A program made the translations under genes and the position numbers. The notes beneath the pieces are model-generated. The model searched no databases. It was not told where the DNA came from and was given only the letters and a program-made list of their open reading frames with translations. A stretch of 41,400 nucleotides of DNA from Archangiaceae bacterium (GTDB taxonomy: Bacteria; Myxococcota; Myxococcia; Myxococcales; Myxococcaceae), in NCBI GenBank assembly GCA_043750125.1, contig JAYVCD010000056.1, positions 1 through 41,400 on the forward strand, written 5' to 3'. Positions 1-9,983 of the stretch are shown piece by piece (within the stretch, counting starts at the first letter, position 1; each line of letters starts with the position of its first letter).

Positions 1-1106
1 CGATTCTCGGGCAGCTCGACCGACTCGAGCACCGCCAGCAACATCGGCACCACCGAATCGTCGAGGCCGATCAGGTATCGAATGATGTCGGGCGCGTTCT
101 TCGGCTTGCTGTTCTTGAGCACGTCGCCGACGCGGGACAGACGCTGTTCCTCGCCCATCTTCATCTGGAAGTTCCGCAGCAAGACCGAGGTCGCCGAGTC
201 TTTGCCCGCCCGCTGTTCCATCGCCCGCAGCTTCAGCACCACCTGCCCAATCGTCCCGAAGTCTTCCTGCAGCAGCATCGCGTCGAGCAGCTGAACGAAC
301 ATTTCTTCGAGCAGGGTTGCGTCGTCGACGCCCGCCTCGACCACCTGGAACACCGCGCTGATGAGCTTGGGGAACAGCCGCGAGTTCTCTTCCTCGAAGA
401 TGTCCTTTTGCAGCCGGGCTTTGAGGGTGGCGTCGGCGGTGATTCCCGTCACCACCACCCCCCGCATCTGCTCGACCCCATCGAGATGGGCGTTCAAGTC
501 GTCTTCACTCACCCGGGCGAACCGGAGAAAGTCGTTGGATTCGGCGCGAAGCCTGCGCTGCAGGTAGTCGACCACCTTGTCGACCTCGACCTGCACTTCG
601 TCCTCGGCGAATTCGTCCATCTTGAAGCCTTCCACCATGATGAATTCGAGGTGGGGCAGCTGGGCTCGCCACAGCTGGGCGTTGAGATCATCGGCGCCGC
701 GCTCGGGGTCCGAGAGGCTGATCAAGGTGAACGTGACCAGCTCTTCGACCGTGCAGCCGTCACGGAAGACCAGCTGGCGAATTCCGTCTTTGAAAAATTT
801 GTACGGAATCTCGGAAGCTTCTGGAAACAGCTCGACGTTCCGGACGAGGAAGTTGGTGAGGTCGACCTTCATCGTCAGCGAGCCGTACGCCTGGGTGTAG
901 GCGGTCAGCGCGTCACAGGCCTTCTGCAGGAACTCGGGAAACTTGGCCTCGGCGTGCCGGTACATCCCGATCTGCTTGATCCCTTTCGAGAGCTGAAAGA
1001 TGACCGCCCGGGCCGCTTCGACCTGCTTGCGAATTTCCGGGTTGGCGAGCGGATCCGGAATCGAGGCCCGGGGGTCGACTGCCTTCTGCTCGGGTCTCAA
1101 CGCCAT
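1..1106 (-). CDS. Helical protein, probably HEAT-repeat type (5' part; runs off the left edge)
   Basis: Absent from the ORF track because it is truncated. ATG at 1106-1104 opens MALRPEQKAVDPRASIPDPLANPEIRKQVEAARAVIFQLSKGIKQIGMYRH..., open to the window edge with GC-rich codon usage. Resembles myxobacterial HEAT-repeat proteins. Confidence 0.75.
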   Translation of the reverse strand, partial: MALRPEQKAVDPRASIPDPLANPEIRKQVEAARAVIFQLSKGIKQIGMYRHAEAKFPEFLQKACDALTAYTQAYGSLTMKVDLTNFLVRNVELFPEASEIPYKFFKDGIRQLVFRDGCTVEELVTFTLISLSDPERGADDLNAQLWRAQLPHLEFIMVEGFKMDEFAEDEVQVEVDKVVDYLQRRLRAESNDFLRFARVSEDDLNAHLDGVEQMRGVVVTGITADATLKARLQKDIFEEENSRLFPKLISAVFQVVEAGVDDATLLEEMFVQLLDAMLLQEDFGTIGQVVLKLRAMEQRAGKDSATSVLLRNFQMKMGEEQRLSRVGDVLKNSKPKNAPDIIRYLIGLDDSVVPMLLAVLESVELPEN

Positions 1107-1141
1107 CGGCGCCGAAGCTTACCCGAGCAGTGCAGCCCCGG

Positions 1142-3655
1142 TTACTTCTGCGGGCTCTTCGCTTCGCTGGTGGGCTTGAGCAACATCTCGCGCCCCACCG
1201 CCAGCAGCACCAGGCTGATGACTACGAAGGGAATCATCGACAGCAGATCCGAGCTGGCGCCCTTGTAGAAGGGGTTGTGTGCACTGGCCCACTCTTCGAG
1301 GTCGCGGTTGGTGTTGCTGAGCACTCCGGCCATGAAAGCAATCACGATTCCGGCGATGGCTCCTCCGGCGATGTAGCCCGAGGCGAGCAGCACTCCGGGG
1401 CTCTTGTCCCCTTCGGCAGTCAGCTCTTCTTCGGTCAGCTTCTTGCCCGCGTGCTTCTTGCGCACATAGAGGTCCACCGCCCAGCGCACCAGGCCGCCCA
1501 CGAAAATCGGGCTCGAAGAGGACAGCGGCAGATACACGCCCACCGCGAACGCCAACGAGGGAATGCCCGCCATCTCGAGGGTGAGGGCGATCATCACGCC
1601 CAACAACACCAGGCCCCAGGGCAGCTGCCGATTGAGGATCCCCTTGATGATGTAGGACATCAGCGTCGCTTTCGGAGCGTTGAACTTGGTGACCTTCGAG
1701 CCGTCGGGGCGCTCGCGGTGAATGCCGTTGATGCCTGGGTCGATGAGGTACGCGGCCTGGCCGGTGGAATCGACCAGGTACTTGCCGGCCGGGCCGCCCA
1801 CCGCGTCGGTCTTCTGCCAGACGAGGAACTCGCGGGAGTCCGCGGTCGCCTGGGGCCCGAGCAGCTTCTCTTTGATCTCGAGCTTCGACGGGTCGGTGCG
1901 CAGCGAAGGAATGAACGTGCGGCGAATGACCATCACCGGGGCCCTGGTCTTCGGGTCGACCAGGTATTCGCCCGGCAGCAGCTCGCCTTCCTGCGTCGGC
2001 AGCTTCAGCAGCCGGTACTCGGCCTTGTCCATCGGCATGTCGCCCTCGTAGACCGGCAGCGCGTCGAACCGCTCGGCCACCAGCGGCACCGGCTCGGACA
2101 CGTGCTCGAAGCTGACCGGGGTGACGTAGAGGGTGGCGGCCTCATTGAGCTTGAGCAGAATCGGGCCCAGCGCCAGGGCTGAGGCGAGCGCCCCAATCAA
2201 GATCGCGACCTGCTGATGGCGCGGCGTCGCGCCAATCAGGAAGCCGGTCTTGAGGTCTTGCGAGGTGGTTCCGCCGTTCGAAGCGGCGATGCAGACGATC
2301 GCTCCGACCGAGAGCGCGGTGACGTAGTAGCTGGGCCCGGTCCAACCGACGATCAAGAAGATGGCGCAGGTCAGCAACAGGGTGGCGACCGTCATTCCCG
2401 AGATGGGGTTGGAGGACGAGCCGATTTCGCCGGTCAGGCGCGACGAGACGGTGACGAAGATGAAGCCGAAGATCACGATCAGCAGCGCGCCACCGAGGTT
2501 CATGTTCAGCGGGCGGGCAATCACGATTGCGGCGAGCAGCCCGACGAGGCCAATCATCACGAACTTGATCGACAGATCGCGGTCGGTGCGAAGGCCCGCG
2601 TGCGGGGTGGGCGCCGAGGACTTCTTACCGATCAACCCCAGGTCCACCAGACCGCCCCGAAGGCCCAACCAAATGGTGGGCAGCGCCCGCGCGAGGCTGA
2701 CGATCCCTCCTGCCGCGACCGCACCGGCTCCGATGTAGAGCACGTAGGCGGCGCGGATTTCGTCCGGCCCCATCTGCCCAATCGGGATCGTTCCCGGAGC
2801 GACCGGCAGCAGGTTGCCTTCGCCGAAGAAGGCGATCGCGGGGATCAGCACCAGGTAGGCGAGCACTCCTCCCGCGCACATGATCGAAGCGATCTTCGGC
2901 CCGATGATGTAGCCGACGCCCAACAGCTCGGGCGAAATCTCAGAGGCGATCGAGCCGCTCTTCATCGGAGCGCCGAAGATCTTCTCGGGGACTTCCTTCC
3001 ACAGCTTGAAGGCCGCCATCGCCGTCTTGTAGAAAAGTCCGATTCCGAAGCCGGCGAAGATGGTCTTCCCCCCGCTGACTTCGACCGCGCTCGAGTCGAC
3101 CTGGGCGGCCGCCGCGCGAGATTCTTCCGACGCTCCGGCCTTGAGCACTTCGGCGCAGGCGGTGCCTTCGGGGTACTTGAGGTGCCCATGCTGCTCGACG
3201 ATCAGCGCGCGCCGCAGCGGAATCATCATCAAGATTCCAAGCAGGCCGCCGAGCACCGCCACCAGCGCGACCCGGGTGAACTCGAGGTCGAAGCCGAGAA
3301 TCATGATCGCCGGCATCGTCACGCCGACCCCGAAGGCAATCGACTCGCCCGCGGACCCTGCGGTCTGAACGATGTTGTTCTCGAGAATCGACCGATTGCG
3401 GAAGCCGAACTTCGAGAGCACCCGGAAGAAGGCGATCGAGATCACCGCGACCGGAATCGAGGCGCTGACGGTGAGGCCGACCTTCAGCACCAGGTATAGG
3501 GACGAGGCGCCGAAGACCATGCCCAACAGCGTTCCGGTGATGAGGGGAACGAAGCCCAGCTCGGGCAGGTTCGCCGACGCGGGAATGTAGGGCTTGAAGG
3601 CATGCCCCAAATGGGGCTCTTCCGTCGGCGTCGGGACGTTCGGAGTCTCGGACAT
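1142..3655 (-). CDS. OPT/YSL-family oligopeptide transporter
   Basis: 837 aa with many TM segments and OPT motifs [55 protein letters not shown] and AFAVGVYLP. Confidence 0.93.
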   Translation of the reverse strand: MSETPNVPTPTEEPHLGHAFKPYIPASANLPELGFVPLITGTLLGMVFGASSLYLVLKVGLTVSASIPVAVISIAFFRVLSKFGFRNRSILENNIVQTAGSAGESIAFGVGVTMPAIMILGFDLEFTRVALVAVLGGLLGILMMIPLRRALIVEQHGHLKYPEGTACAEVLKAGASEESRAAAAQVDSSAVEVSGGKTIFAGFGIGLFYKTAMAAFKLWKEVPEKIFGAPMKSGSIASEISPELLGVGYIIGPKIASIMCAGGVLAYLVLIPAIAFFGEGNLLPVAPGTIPIGQMGPDEIRAAYVLYIGAGAVAAGGIVSLARALPTIWLGLRGGLVDLGLIGKKSSAPTPHAGLRTDRDLSIKFVMIGLVGLLAAIVIARPLNMNLGGALLIVIFGFIFVTVSSRLTGEIGSSSNPISGMTVATLLLTCAIFLIVGWTGPSYYVTALSVGAIVCIAASNGGTTSQDLKTGFLIGATPRHQQVAILIGALASALALGPILLKLNEAATLYVTPVSFEHVSEPVPLVAERFDALPVYEGDMPMDKAEYRLLKLPTQEGELLPGEYLVDPKTRAPVMVIRRTFIPSLRTDPSKLEIKEKLLGPQATADSREFLVWQKTDAVGGPAGKYLVDSTGQAAYLIDPGINGIHRERPDGSKVTKFNAPKATLMSYIIKGILNRQLPWGLVLLGVMIALTLEMAGIPSLAFAVGVYLPLSSSSPIFVGGLVRWAVDLYVRKKHAGKKLTEEELTAEGDKSPGVLLASGYIAGGAIAGIVIAFMAGVLSNTNRDLEEWASAHNPFYKGASSDLLSMIPFVVISLVLLAVGREMLLKPTSEAKSPQK

Positions 3656-3675
3656 GGGGCGCGGTGTACCGCTTT

Positions 3676-4089
3676 TTACCGGATCGCGTCACGCAACCTG
3701 CGGGTGAGCACTTTGATGATGCCCATCGCGATTTCGGGCTTCTCGCTCATGATGTCCTGGAAGTCTTCCCGGGTGATCTTGAGCAGGGCCGTTTCAGTCA
3801 GCGAGGTGACTGTGGCCGACCGCGGCGCAGCGTCGAGAATCGCCATCTCGCCAAAGCACTCGCGCTCGCCCAGCTCGGCAATCACCCGGTCTTGCTTGTG
3901 GACGCGGACCTTGCCGTCGATCACCAGGTAGAGCGCGTCGCCCGCTTCCCCTTCGGCGAAAATTTCGTCGCCCTGCTCGCGGTTCTCTTCTTGAGAAATC
4001 AACGCGACCTGCGCGAGGTCTTCCCCGGGGATCTGGGAGAACAGATCGATCGACTTGAGGAACAGGACCTTCTCGACGGTGGAAATCAT
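3676..4089 (-). CDS. Stand-alone cyclic nucleotide-binding (cNMP) domain protein
   Basis: 137 aa with IFAEGEAGDALYLVIDGKV and an intact phosphate-binding cassette FGEMAILDAAPRSATV. No HTH domain. Confidence 0.92.
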   Translation of the reverse strand: MISTVEKVLFLKSIDLFSQIPGEDLAQVALISQEENREQGDEIFAEGEAGDALYLVIDGKVRVHKQDRVIAELGERECFGEMAILDAAPRSATVTSLTETALLKITREDFQDIMSEKPEIAMGIIKVLTRRLRDAIR

Positions 4090-4116
4090 CGGGGCCCCAG
4101 GACGAATACCATCGAA

Positions 4117-7002
4117 TTACCCAACCAGGGCAGCTCGCCGTGAGCTGATCAACGCGGCCTGGCGGCGCACCACCGGCGCTTCGTCGCGCAGCCGCTTCTC
4201 GGCGATCTCCCAGGCGCGCTCGGGCGATCGCTTCTCGAGCACCACGAGACTGATTTCCCGCACCACCGCGCTCACATCGCCCGAGCTGTGGGCCATCATC
4301 TCGTTGAGCTCCGCGGGGGGCGCGCTCACCAGCGACAGGCACCACACCGCGCAGGCCCGCACCCAGGCGGTCTCGTCGCGACACAGGTCGACCAGCACCA
4401 GCCCGGGCTCTTTGTTCGGAAGGTCGAACAGCGTGCTGACGAGTTTCAAGCGCTCTGCCCGGGGCAGCTCATCGAGCAAGGGCAGAAACCGGCGCTTCAG
4501 CTCGCGCCCCAGAAGGTTGTCGAGCAGCTCGACTGCGTTGGCCCGCCGGCGGGCCGCATCTTGCGCTGCGGCGTCGTGAATGCCGGCGTGGATCTGTTCC
4601 ATGTCGGCGTCGGGGTAGAGCACCGCCAGCAGCAGGAAGATGCGCCGTTCGATCTGGGTCACCTTCTCGGTCATCGCCGAAGCCAGCAAAGCCCGGGCGG
4701 CCGGCTCTCCTGAGCGGGGGGTGTCGGCGTTGGGCCCCCCCGTCAGCCCGAGCAGCTCGGCCTGGGTCAGCGTCACGTAGGCCCGCTCGAGCTCGCCTTC
4801 CAGGGCCTGTTCGACGGGCTTGCGATCGACGAGCAGCAGCCGGCGCCCCTTCACCGCCCGCGCGAGCGCCTTGTACATCCGCGCGCGCAGCTCTTCGTCC
4901 GGCTCTTCGAGATACCGGGTGATGACATCGACCGATTCGGGGGTGCCCAGCCGCCCCAGGACCCGCGAGACCGCCCGGCGAATCGACGGATCTTCCAGCG
5001 AGTTGGCGAGCACCTTCGACAGCGTCGGCACCACGCTCGAGCCGTACGCGGTCAGCGCACTGACGGCCTCGCGCGTCGTCTCGATCGATTGGGTCCGGTA
5101 GATCAGCGGAATGACGAACTCGGGGCTCTTCAATATTCCCGCGGCGTTGATCGCCTGTCGGCGCACCCGGGGGTCCCCGTCATTCATCAGCTGCAGCACC
5201 GGCTGGTAGAAATTTTTGACTCCGATCGCGCCGAGGACCTGGGCGGCGTGCTCGCGCATCACCGGCTCGGGGTTGCCGATCAGCGCCTTGAGGGCCTCGG
5301 CCGCGACCAGCACTCCGTCGAGCCCCCCGTACTTGATCATTCCCGTGACGGCGGCGCTGCGAATGCGCGGGTCGGGGTCTGCCAGAAACGGCCTCACGCT
5401 GCGCACCGCCTTGTCGCGGCCAATCGCGCAGAACGCATCGACCGCCGACGCGCGCACCGCGGGGTCTGGATCTTCGAACCTGCGGAACACCGAGTTGGCA
5501 AAACGCATCGTCTGGCGACGCGCGTAGTAATCGCAGGCCGCGGTGCGAATCTCGGGGGAAGGGTGCTCGAGCAGCAGCTCGACCCGGTGATCGAGCTGAA
5601 TGTTCTCGAGGTGAGGCAGCAGCAGCAGCGCGTTGAGCACCTCGCGGGGATCCGAGCTGCCCAGCGCCTTCAACAGCACGCTGTTGGTCGAGCCGTCCAT
5701 CACCTTGTAGCGGGCCGAATCGAGGTCCAACCGCCGGCTCTTCAAATTGTCCTGCAGCGACTTGATGTAGTGGCCGCGCAGCTTCAGCACGACCGCGATC
5801 CACACCGCGGCCAGGGCCAACGAGAGGAAAGCGACAGTGCGCGGCGAGCCTCCGAACCAGGTCTTGTACGCAGCCAGCGAGAGGCCGGCCAGGCCGATCG
5901 CGCACGGCTTCACCACTCCATCGATGAACGCCTTGGCCTGGACCCGCGCCTGGGAAGGAACCGGGAGGTAGAGGATCTGGGTGGTGGCGTCGTTGATCGA
6001 ATAACGAAACAGCGTGTCGGCGCCCTTGGCGATCGAGGCCGCCCAGAGCGTCGCGAACAACAACAACGACGCGTTGCCCAGCGCGAGAGAAATCGGCAGC
6101 ACCGCAAGCGCCCCCACCACCCCGGCCCGGTTGAGCAGCTTGCTGGTTCCAAACAGCTGCAAACCAAGGGCGAGCACCCCGATCACCGCGCTGAAGTAGC
6201 TGAAAAATGCAGCCAGCTCGTTGGTTTTGTAGGTCTGGTTGGCGATCACCTTGAACTGGAAGTCGACCAGCGTGACGGTGAAGAAGGTGACCGCGGCGAG
6301 CATCGCGACGGTGCGCAAGTGGTCGGAAGCGAGCACCCTCGCCGCGCCTCCCGACCGCTTGGCCGCGCTGGGCTTGCCGCTGGCCGCTTTCGCAAACAGC
6401 CGCTGCTTCCCCAGCACCCCGCCGGCGAAGCTCGCCGCGCCCGCTCCGGTCAACAGGGTCGCGCAGAACAGCAGCAGCGCCGGAGCGCCGAAGGTCGTCG
6501 CGATCTTCGCTCCGAGCAGACCGGCAACGATGTTCGCCGACGTGCCTCCGGCGCCAATCAGCCCATACAGGCGGCGGGCTTCCCGGGCGTTGAACAGCTC
6601 GTTGGCCAGGGTCCAGAACTGCACCAGGGCCAGCGCCCCCATCACTTCGACGTAAATGTAGAGCGCGGTGTAGACGCCTTTGAGGTGGCTCTTCTCGAGA
6701 AACCAGAAGGTCGCGAAGGTCAGCGCGAACAGCGCGGCGGTGCCCACGGCCATTCGATCTCTGCGCACCCGAATCGCCAGGCGCCCGTAGACGAGCCCCG
6801 CGCCGGTCACGGCGATCGCCGAGAACACGTACATCCACGCGAGCTGCTCGCGGTCTCCGTACTGGAGGAACAGCGTGTCGCGCACCGTTCGCCCGGTGAG
6901 AAACGCACCGACCGCGAAGAAGCTGTGCAGGAACAGCGCGAGCGTCAGCCGCCCTTCACCCCTTCGCACCGGCAGCAACATCTCGACCAGGCGAAGCAGC
7001 AC
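4117..7002 (-). CDS. NTT/TLC (Npt1/Npt2-like) nucleotide transporter domain fused to HEAT repeats
   Basis: N-terminal ~410 aa is an MFS-like membrane domain (RDTLFL, QFWTLANELFNAREARRLYGLIG, LVDFQFK, LYLPVP..RVQAKAFID). It is followed by HEAT repeats (DPDPAVRASAV, DPDPRIRSAAV, DGDPRVRRQAI). GTG start approximate. Confidence 0.85.
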   Translation of the reverse strand: MLLRLVEMLLPVRRGEGRLTLALFLHSFFAVGAFLTGRTVRDTLFLQYGDREQLAWMYVFSAIAVTGAGLVYGRLAIRVRRDRMAVGTAALFALTFATFWFLEKSHLKGVYTALYIYVEVMGALALVQFWTLANELFNAREARRLYGLIGAGGTSANIVAGLLGAKIATTFGAPALLLFCATLLTGAGAASFAGGVLGKQRLFAKAASGKPSAAKRSGGAARVLASDHLRTVAMLAAVTFFTVTLVDFQFKVIANQTYKTNELAAFFSYFSAVIGVLALGLQLFGTSKLLNRAGVVGALAVLPISLALGNASLLLFATLWAASIAKGADTLFRYSINDATTQILYLPVPSQARVQAKAFIDGVVKPCAIGLAGLSLAAYKTWFGGSPRTVAFLSLALAAVWIAVVLKLRGHYIKSLQDNLKSRRLDLDSARYKVMDGSTNSVLLKALGSSDPREVLNALLLLPHLENIQLDHRVELLLEHPSPEIRTAACDYYARRQTMRFANSVFRRFEDPDPAVRASAVDAFCAIGRDKAVRSVRPFLADPDPRIRSAAVTGMIKYGGLDGVLVAAEALKALIGNPEPVMREHAAQVLGAIGVKNFYQPVLQLMNDGDPRVRRQAINAAGILKSPEFVIPLIYRTQSIETTREAVSALTAYGSSVVPTLSKVLANSLEDPSIRRAVSRVLGRLGTPESVDVITRYLEEPDEELRARMYKALARAVKGRRLLLVDRKPVEQALEGELERAYVTLTQAELLGLTGGPNADTPRSGEPAARALLASAMTEKVTQIERRIFLLLAVLYPDADMEQIHAGIHDAAAQDAARRRANAVELLDNLLGRELKRRFLPLLDELPRAERLKLVSTLFDLPNKEPGLVLVDLCRDETAWVRACAVWCLSLVSAPPAELNEMMAHSSGDVSAVVREISLVVLEKRSPERAWEIAEKRLRDEAPVVRRQAALISSRRAALVG

Positions 7003-7050
7003 GGTCGGGAAATCTAACGCAGAGCCTCGAAGCCGTTGGCGCTTAGATCG

Positions 7051-9048
7051 TCAGGCGGGACGAATCGCGCCGAGCAGGCTGCTGCGCTCTGCAGGGTGCA
7101 CCGGTTTTCCTCCGAAGCGGGCGAAGAGGTAGGCGCGTGTCGCCTTTGTGACCGCGGGCGCCAACGGGTGCTGCGAGAGCTGCAGTCGGCTCGCCAGCCC
7201 TTCGATCGCCTCGCCCTCGAGCCGCGCGATGCCGGCGCGTCGCAGCGCGCGTTCGAGCTGCTCGAGAAACCCCGCGGCCGGGTGGGCTCGCCCGTCCTGG
7301 CGTCGCGCGCGGAAAAGACGAAACACCCCGAACAGTGCCAGGGCCAGGCCCGCGGCGGTCAGCCAGGCACGCCCCGGCGGCACCCCCAGTTGGCCTTTGC
7401 TCAACTCGTTGGGCCCTTCGCCCGCCCCCCGAGGGGGCCGGACCAGGCTGCGCGCCAGGTCGAGTTGATCTTGAAACGAATAGTCGACGATCCGCGCCCG
7501 CCACCACTCTTCGAGCTCTTCGTAGCGGGTGGTGAGCCACTCGAGGACGGCCATCGACTGGGCGCTGCGCGAGGCCTCGGGAGTCGCGTCGATCGTCGTC
7601 CAGCCGCGGCCTGGGACGAACACCTGGGTCCAGGCGTGGGCGTCGCCCGCCCGCACGATGTACTGGTCTGCGATGCGTTCGCCTCCAAAGAAGCCGGCGA
7701 CCACCCGGGCGGCGAAACCCTGGCTGCGCAGCAGCATCGCCAAAGCTGTCGCGAAGTGCTCGCAGTGACCCTTCTTTCGCACGAACAGAAAATCGGTCAG
7801 CGGGTCGGCGACTTCACCGGGCAGCTCGAGCGTGTAGCGGTAGTTGTTCTTCAGGTGGCCGGCCAGCCGAACGGCCGCCGCGAACGGGTTCCGCTCACCC
7901 GCGAGCACGGCTCGGGCCAGCTTTTCCACTTCGGGGTTGAACGAGCTCGGCAGCCGGGTGAAGCGGGCCACGTCGGTGAGCTCCTGGGGCAGCCCGGGGG
8001 CGGAAGGGGGGCGGCTGAACGCGGTGTAGGTGTAGGCATTGGCCGGGTCGGCGAAGTGCACTTCTTCGTCTTCCAGCCGCACCAGGCTGGTGCGCTGGCT
8101 GCCGGCAGTGACGATCATCAGCGCGTTGCTGAACATCACCGGCGTCTGCAGCCCGACCAGGGTTCGTGCGCCATAGGCGGGCAGCAGCTCGATCTGCTGG
8201 GTCACGGTCCCCGCCGGTCCGTCGTCGAGAAAGACCTGGGTCCGCGCGCGCAGCTCGCTGCCGCTGCCAGTCCATTCGCGCCCGTCGAAGGTGTCGAAGG
8301 TTCGACCCACCCAGTATTGGTCCAGATGCTCGAGGTTGGGGTCAGGGGTAATCCGCGCACGCAGGACCACCCGCGGGCTGGTCTTGATGTCTCCACCGCC
8401 CCCGAGCCGAACGCGATCCGACATTCCGGTGGTGCCGCCCAGGCCGGGGCTCGCCCGCCGCGGTGCGATGTTCCACGACAGGCGGGGGAAGAGAATGAAG
8501 AACAGCACCCCGCCCACCAGCGCCAGGCACACCCCCAGGCCCAGTCGCTGCAGCGCGGGCCGCACCGGAAGATCGCCCGAAATCAAGTGGGGGCCTTCGA
8601 GCACCAGCAGTCCGATCGAGAGGGTCGAGGCGATCGCGAACACCCCGAGGCACAGGCCGAACCAGAGCTCTCCGGTCAATGCTGCGCCGCCTGCGACGGT
8701 GAGCAGCGAAGTCAAATGAACCTGATGATCGGTGCTGGCGTTCGGCTCGGAGATCAGCCGATGGGCGGTGACGAGGGTGGCAAAGCTGCAGGCGGCTACC
8801 ACCAGGTCGAGCCCACCCCGGAAGACCGCCCCGAAGATCAGCAGCGCGGCCAGGCCCAGCACGGCGACCGACCAGCCGGTGCGACCGCTCAATGGCCGCA
8901 GGTCACCCAGCGAGATGGCCAGTGCGATCAGGAAGGCGAGCAAGGCCCACAGCGGCACCGCGCCTGAGAGCGCGACCGAGCCGAACGCCGCCAGCGCGCC
9001 CGCGTCGCGAAGCAGCAGCCGGGTTCGAGCGCGGCGGGTGGCAATCAC
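7051..9048 (-). CDS. Membrane transglutaminase-like protein (DUF3488/TgpA-like)
   Basis: N-terminal TM region, then a Cys-His-Asp triad in KGHCEHFAT, AHAWTQV and IDATP. GTG start overlaps the upstream stop. Confidence 0.88.
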   Translation of the reverse strand: MIATRRARTRLLLRDAGALAAFGSVALSGAVPLWALLAFLIALAISLGDLRPLSGRTGWSVAVLGLAALLIFGAVFRGGLDLVVAACSFATLVTAHRLISEPNASTDHQVHLTSLLTVAGGAALTGELWFGLCLGVFAIASTLSIGLLVLEGPHLISGDLPVRPALQRLGLGVCLALVGGVLFFILFPRLSWNIAPRRASPGLGGTTGMSDRVRLGGGGDIKTSPRVVLRARITPDPNLEHLDQYWVGRTFDTFDGREWTGSGSELRARTQVFLDDGPAGTVTQQIELLPAYGARTLVGLQTPVMFSNALMIVTAGSQRTSLVRLEDEEVHFADPANAYTYTAFSRPPSAPGLPQELTDVARFTRLPSSFNPEVEKLARAVLAGERNPFAAAVRLAGHLKNNYRYTLELPGEVADPLTDFLFVRKKGHCEHFATALAMLLRSQGFAARVVAGFFGGERIADQYIVRAGDAHAWTQVFVPGRGWTTIDATPEASRSAQSMAVLEWLTTRYEELEEWWRARIVDYSFQDQLDLARSLVRPPRGAGEGPNELSKGQLGVPPGRAWLTAAGLALALFGVFRLFRARRQDGRAHPAAGFLEQLERALRRAGIARLEGEAIEGLASRLQLSQHPLAPAVTKATRAYLFARFGGKPVHPAERSSLLGAIRPA

Positions 9049-9983
9049 CGCGGGACCTCATCGAAGCCAACCCAGGCCAGCGCGCTGAGCAGACGTTTTT
9101 CCTGACCCGGGCCACTGCCGGGGCGCAATCGGGACTTCCCCGTCTCGAGCCCGACTTCGTGGCCGCGCTGCAGCAGCCGCTGGCTCAACGCGGCCGCTTC
9201 CTCGCAGCGGGCCTCGAGCGCCTCACCCTGCAGCGTGCCGTCCACCTCGAGGACGAACTGGCGCGTCTCTTCGCGTTCCCGCTCGACCTTCAGCAGCTTT
9301 CCGGCGGCCGCGCTCTTGAGCCAGTGAATGCGGCGGGCGTCTTCCCCGGGAGCCAGCTCGCGAAGTCCGAGGACGTCTCCGGTGCCGTCGCGCCGCCGGG
9401 GGTTGCCGCCTTCTCCGACCAACAGCCCTTCACGGTCCGAAGGCTCGACGCAGACGAAGCCGCGGCGCGGGTAGACCACCAGCTGGTCGTCGACCTCGAG
9501 CACCCGGGTCTTGGCAAACAGGCCGAGCGGAAAGGTGGTGGTGACACGCAGCCCCTGCAAGCGCACCGGACCCCGCCCTGGAACTACGCAGTCGCTGCGA
9601 ACGACGATCTCTTCTTCCGCCACCCAGGGAACCCAGACCGTTCCAGAGACGAGGCGATTCTGTTCGGACAGCTCGAGCGCAAAGCTGCGTCCGCGGGTTC
9701 GCTTGATCTTGTAGCGCAGGGCGAAAGGCTCACCGGCGCGCGCGGCTTCGGGAAGCATTCGGCGGATCCACAGGTGGCGCAGCGACCGCTCGGACAGCAC
9801 CCCGGAAGCGACGATCAGGCTGAGCAGAAAACCCAGCACCAGGTAGAGCAGGTTGTTTCCGGTGTTGAGCGCGCCCAGGCCGACGCCCATCGTAATCACC
9901 AGGTAGGTGCGCCCGACCCGGGTGATCGTCATCGTCCGCGGCGGCTTCCACCCCGCGATGAATCGGGCCCACCCGCGGCGCAT
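9045..9983 (-). CDS. DUF58 domain protein
   Basis: ALNTGNNLLYL, TTFPLGLF and LRELAPGEDARRIHWLKSA motifs. ATG at 9983 overlaps the MoxR stop (TGATG), so the longer track ORF from 10148 is over-extended. Confidence 0.88.
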   Translation of the reverse strand: MRRGWARFIAGWKPPRTMTITRVGRTYLVITMGVGLGALNTGNNLLYLVLGFLLSLIVASGVLSERSLRHLWIRRMLPEAARAGEPFALRYKIKRTRGRSFALELSEQNRLVSGTVWVPWVAEEEIVVRSDCVVPGRGPVRLQGLRVTTTFPLGLFAKTRVLEVDDQLVVYPRRGFVCVEPSDREGLLVGEGGNPRRRDGTGDVLGLRELAPGEDARRIHWLKSAAAGKLLKVEREREETRQFVLEVDGTLQGEALEARCEEAAALSQRLLQRGHEVGLETGKSRLRPGSGPGQEKRLLSALAWVGFDEVPR

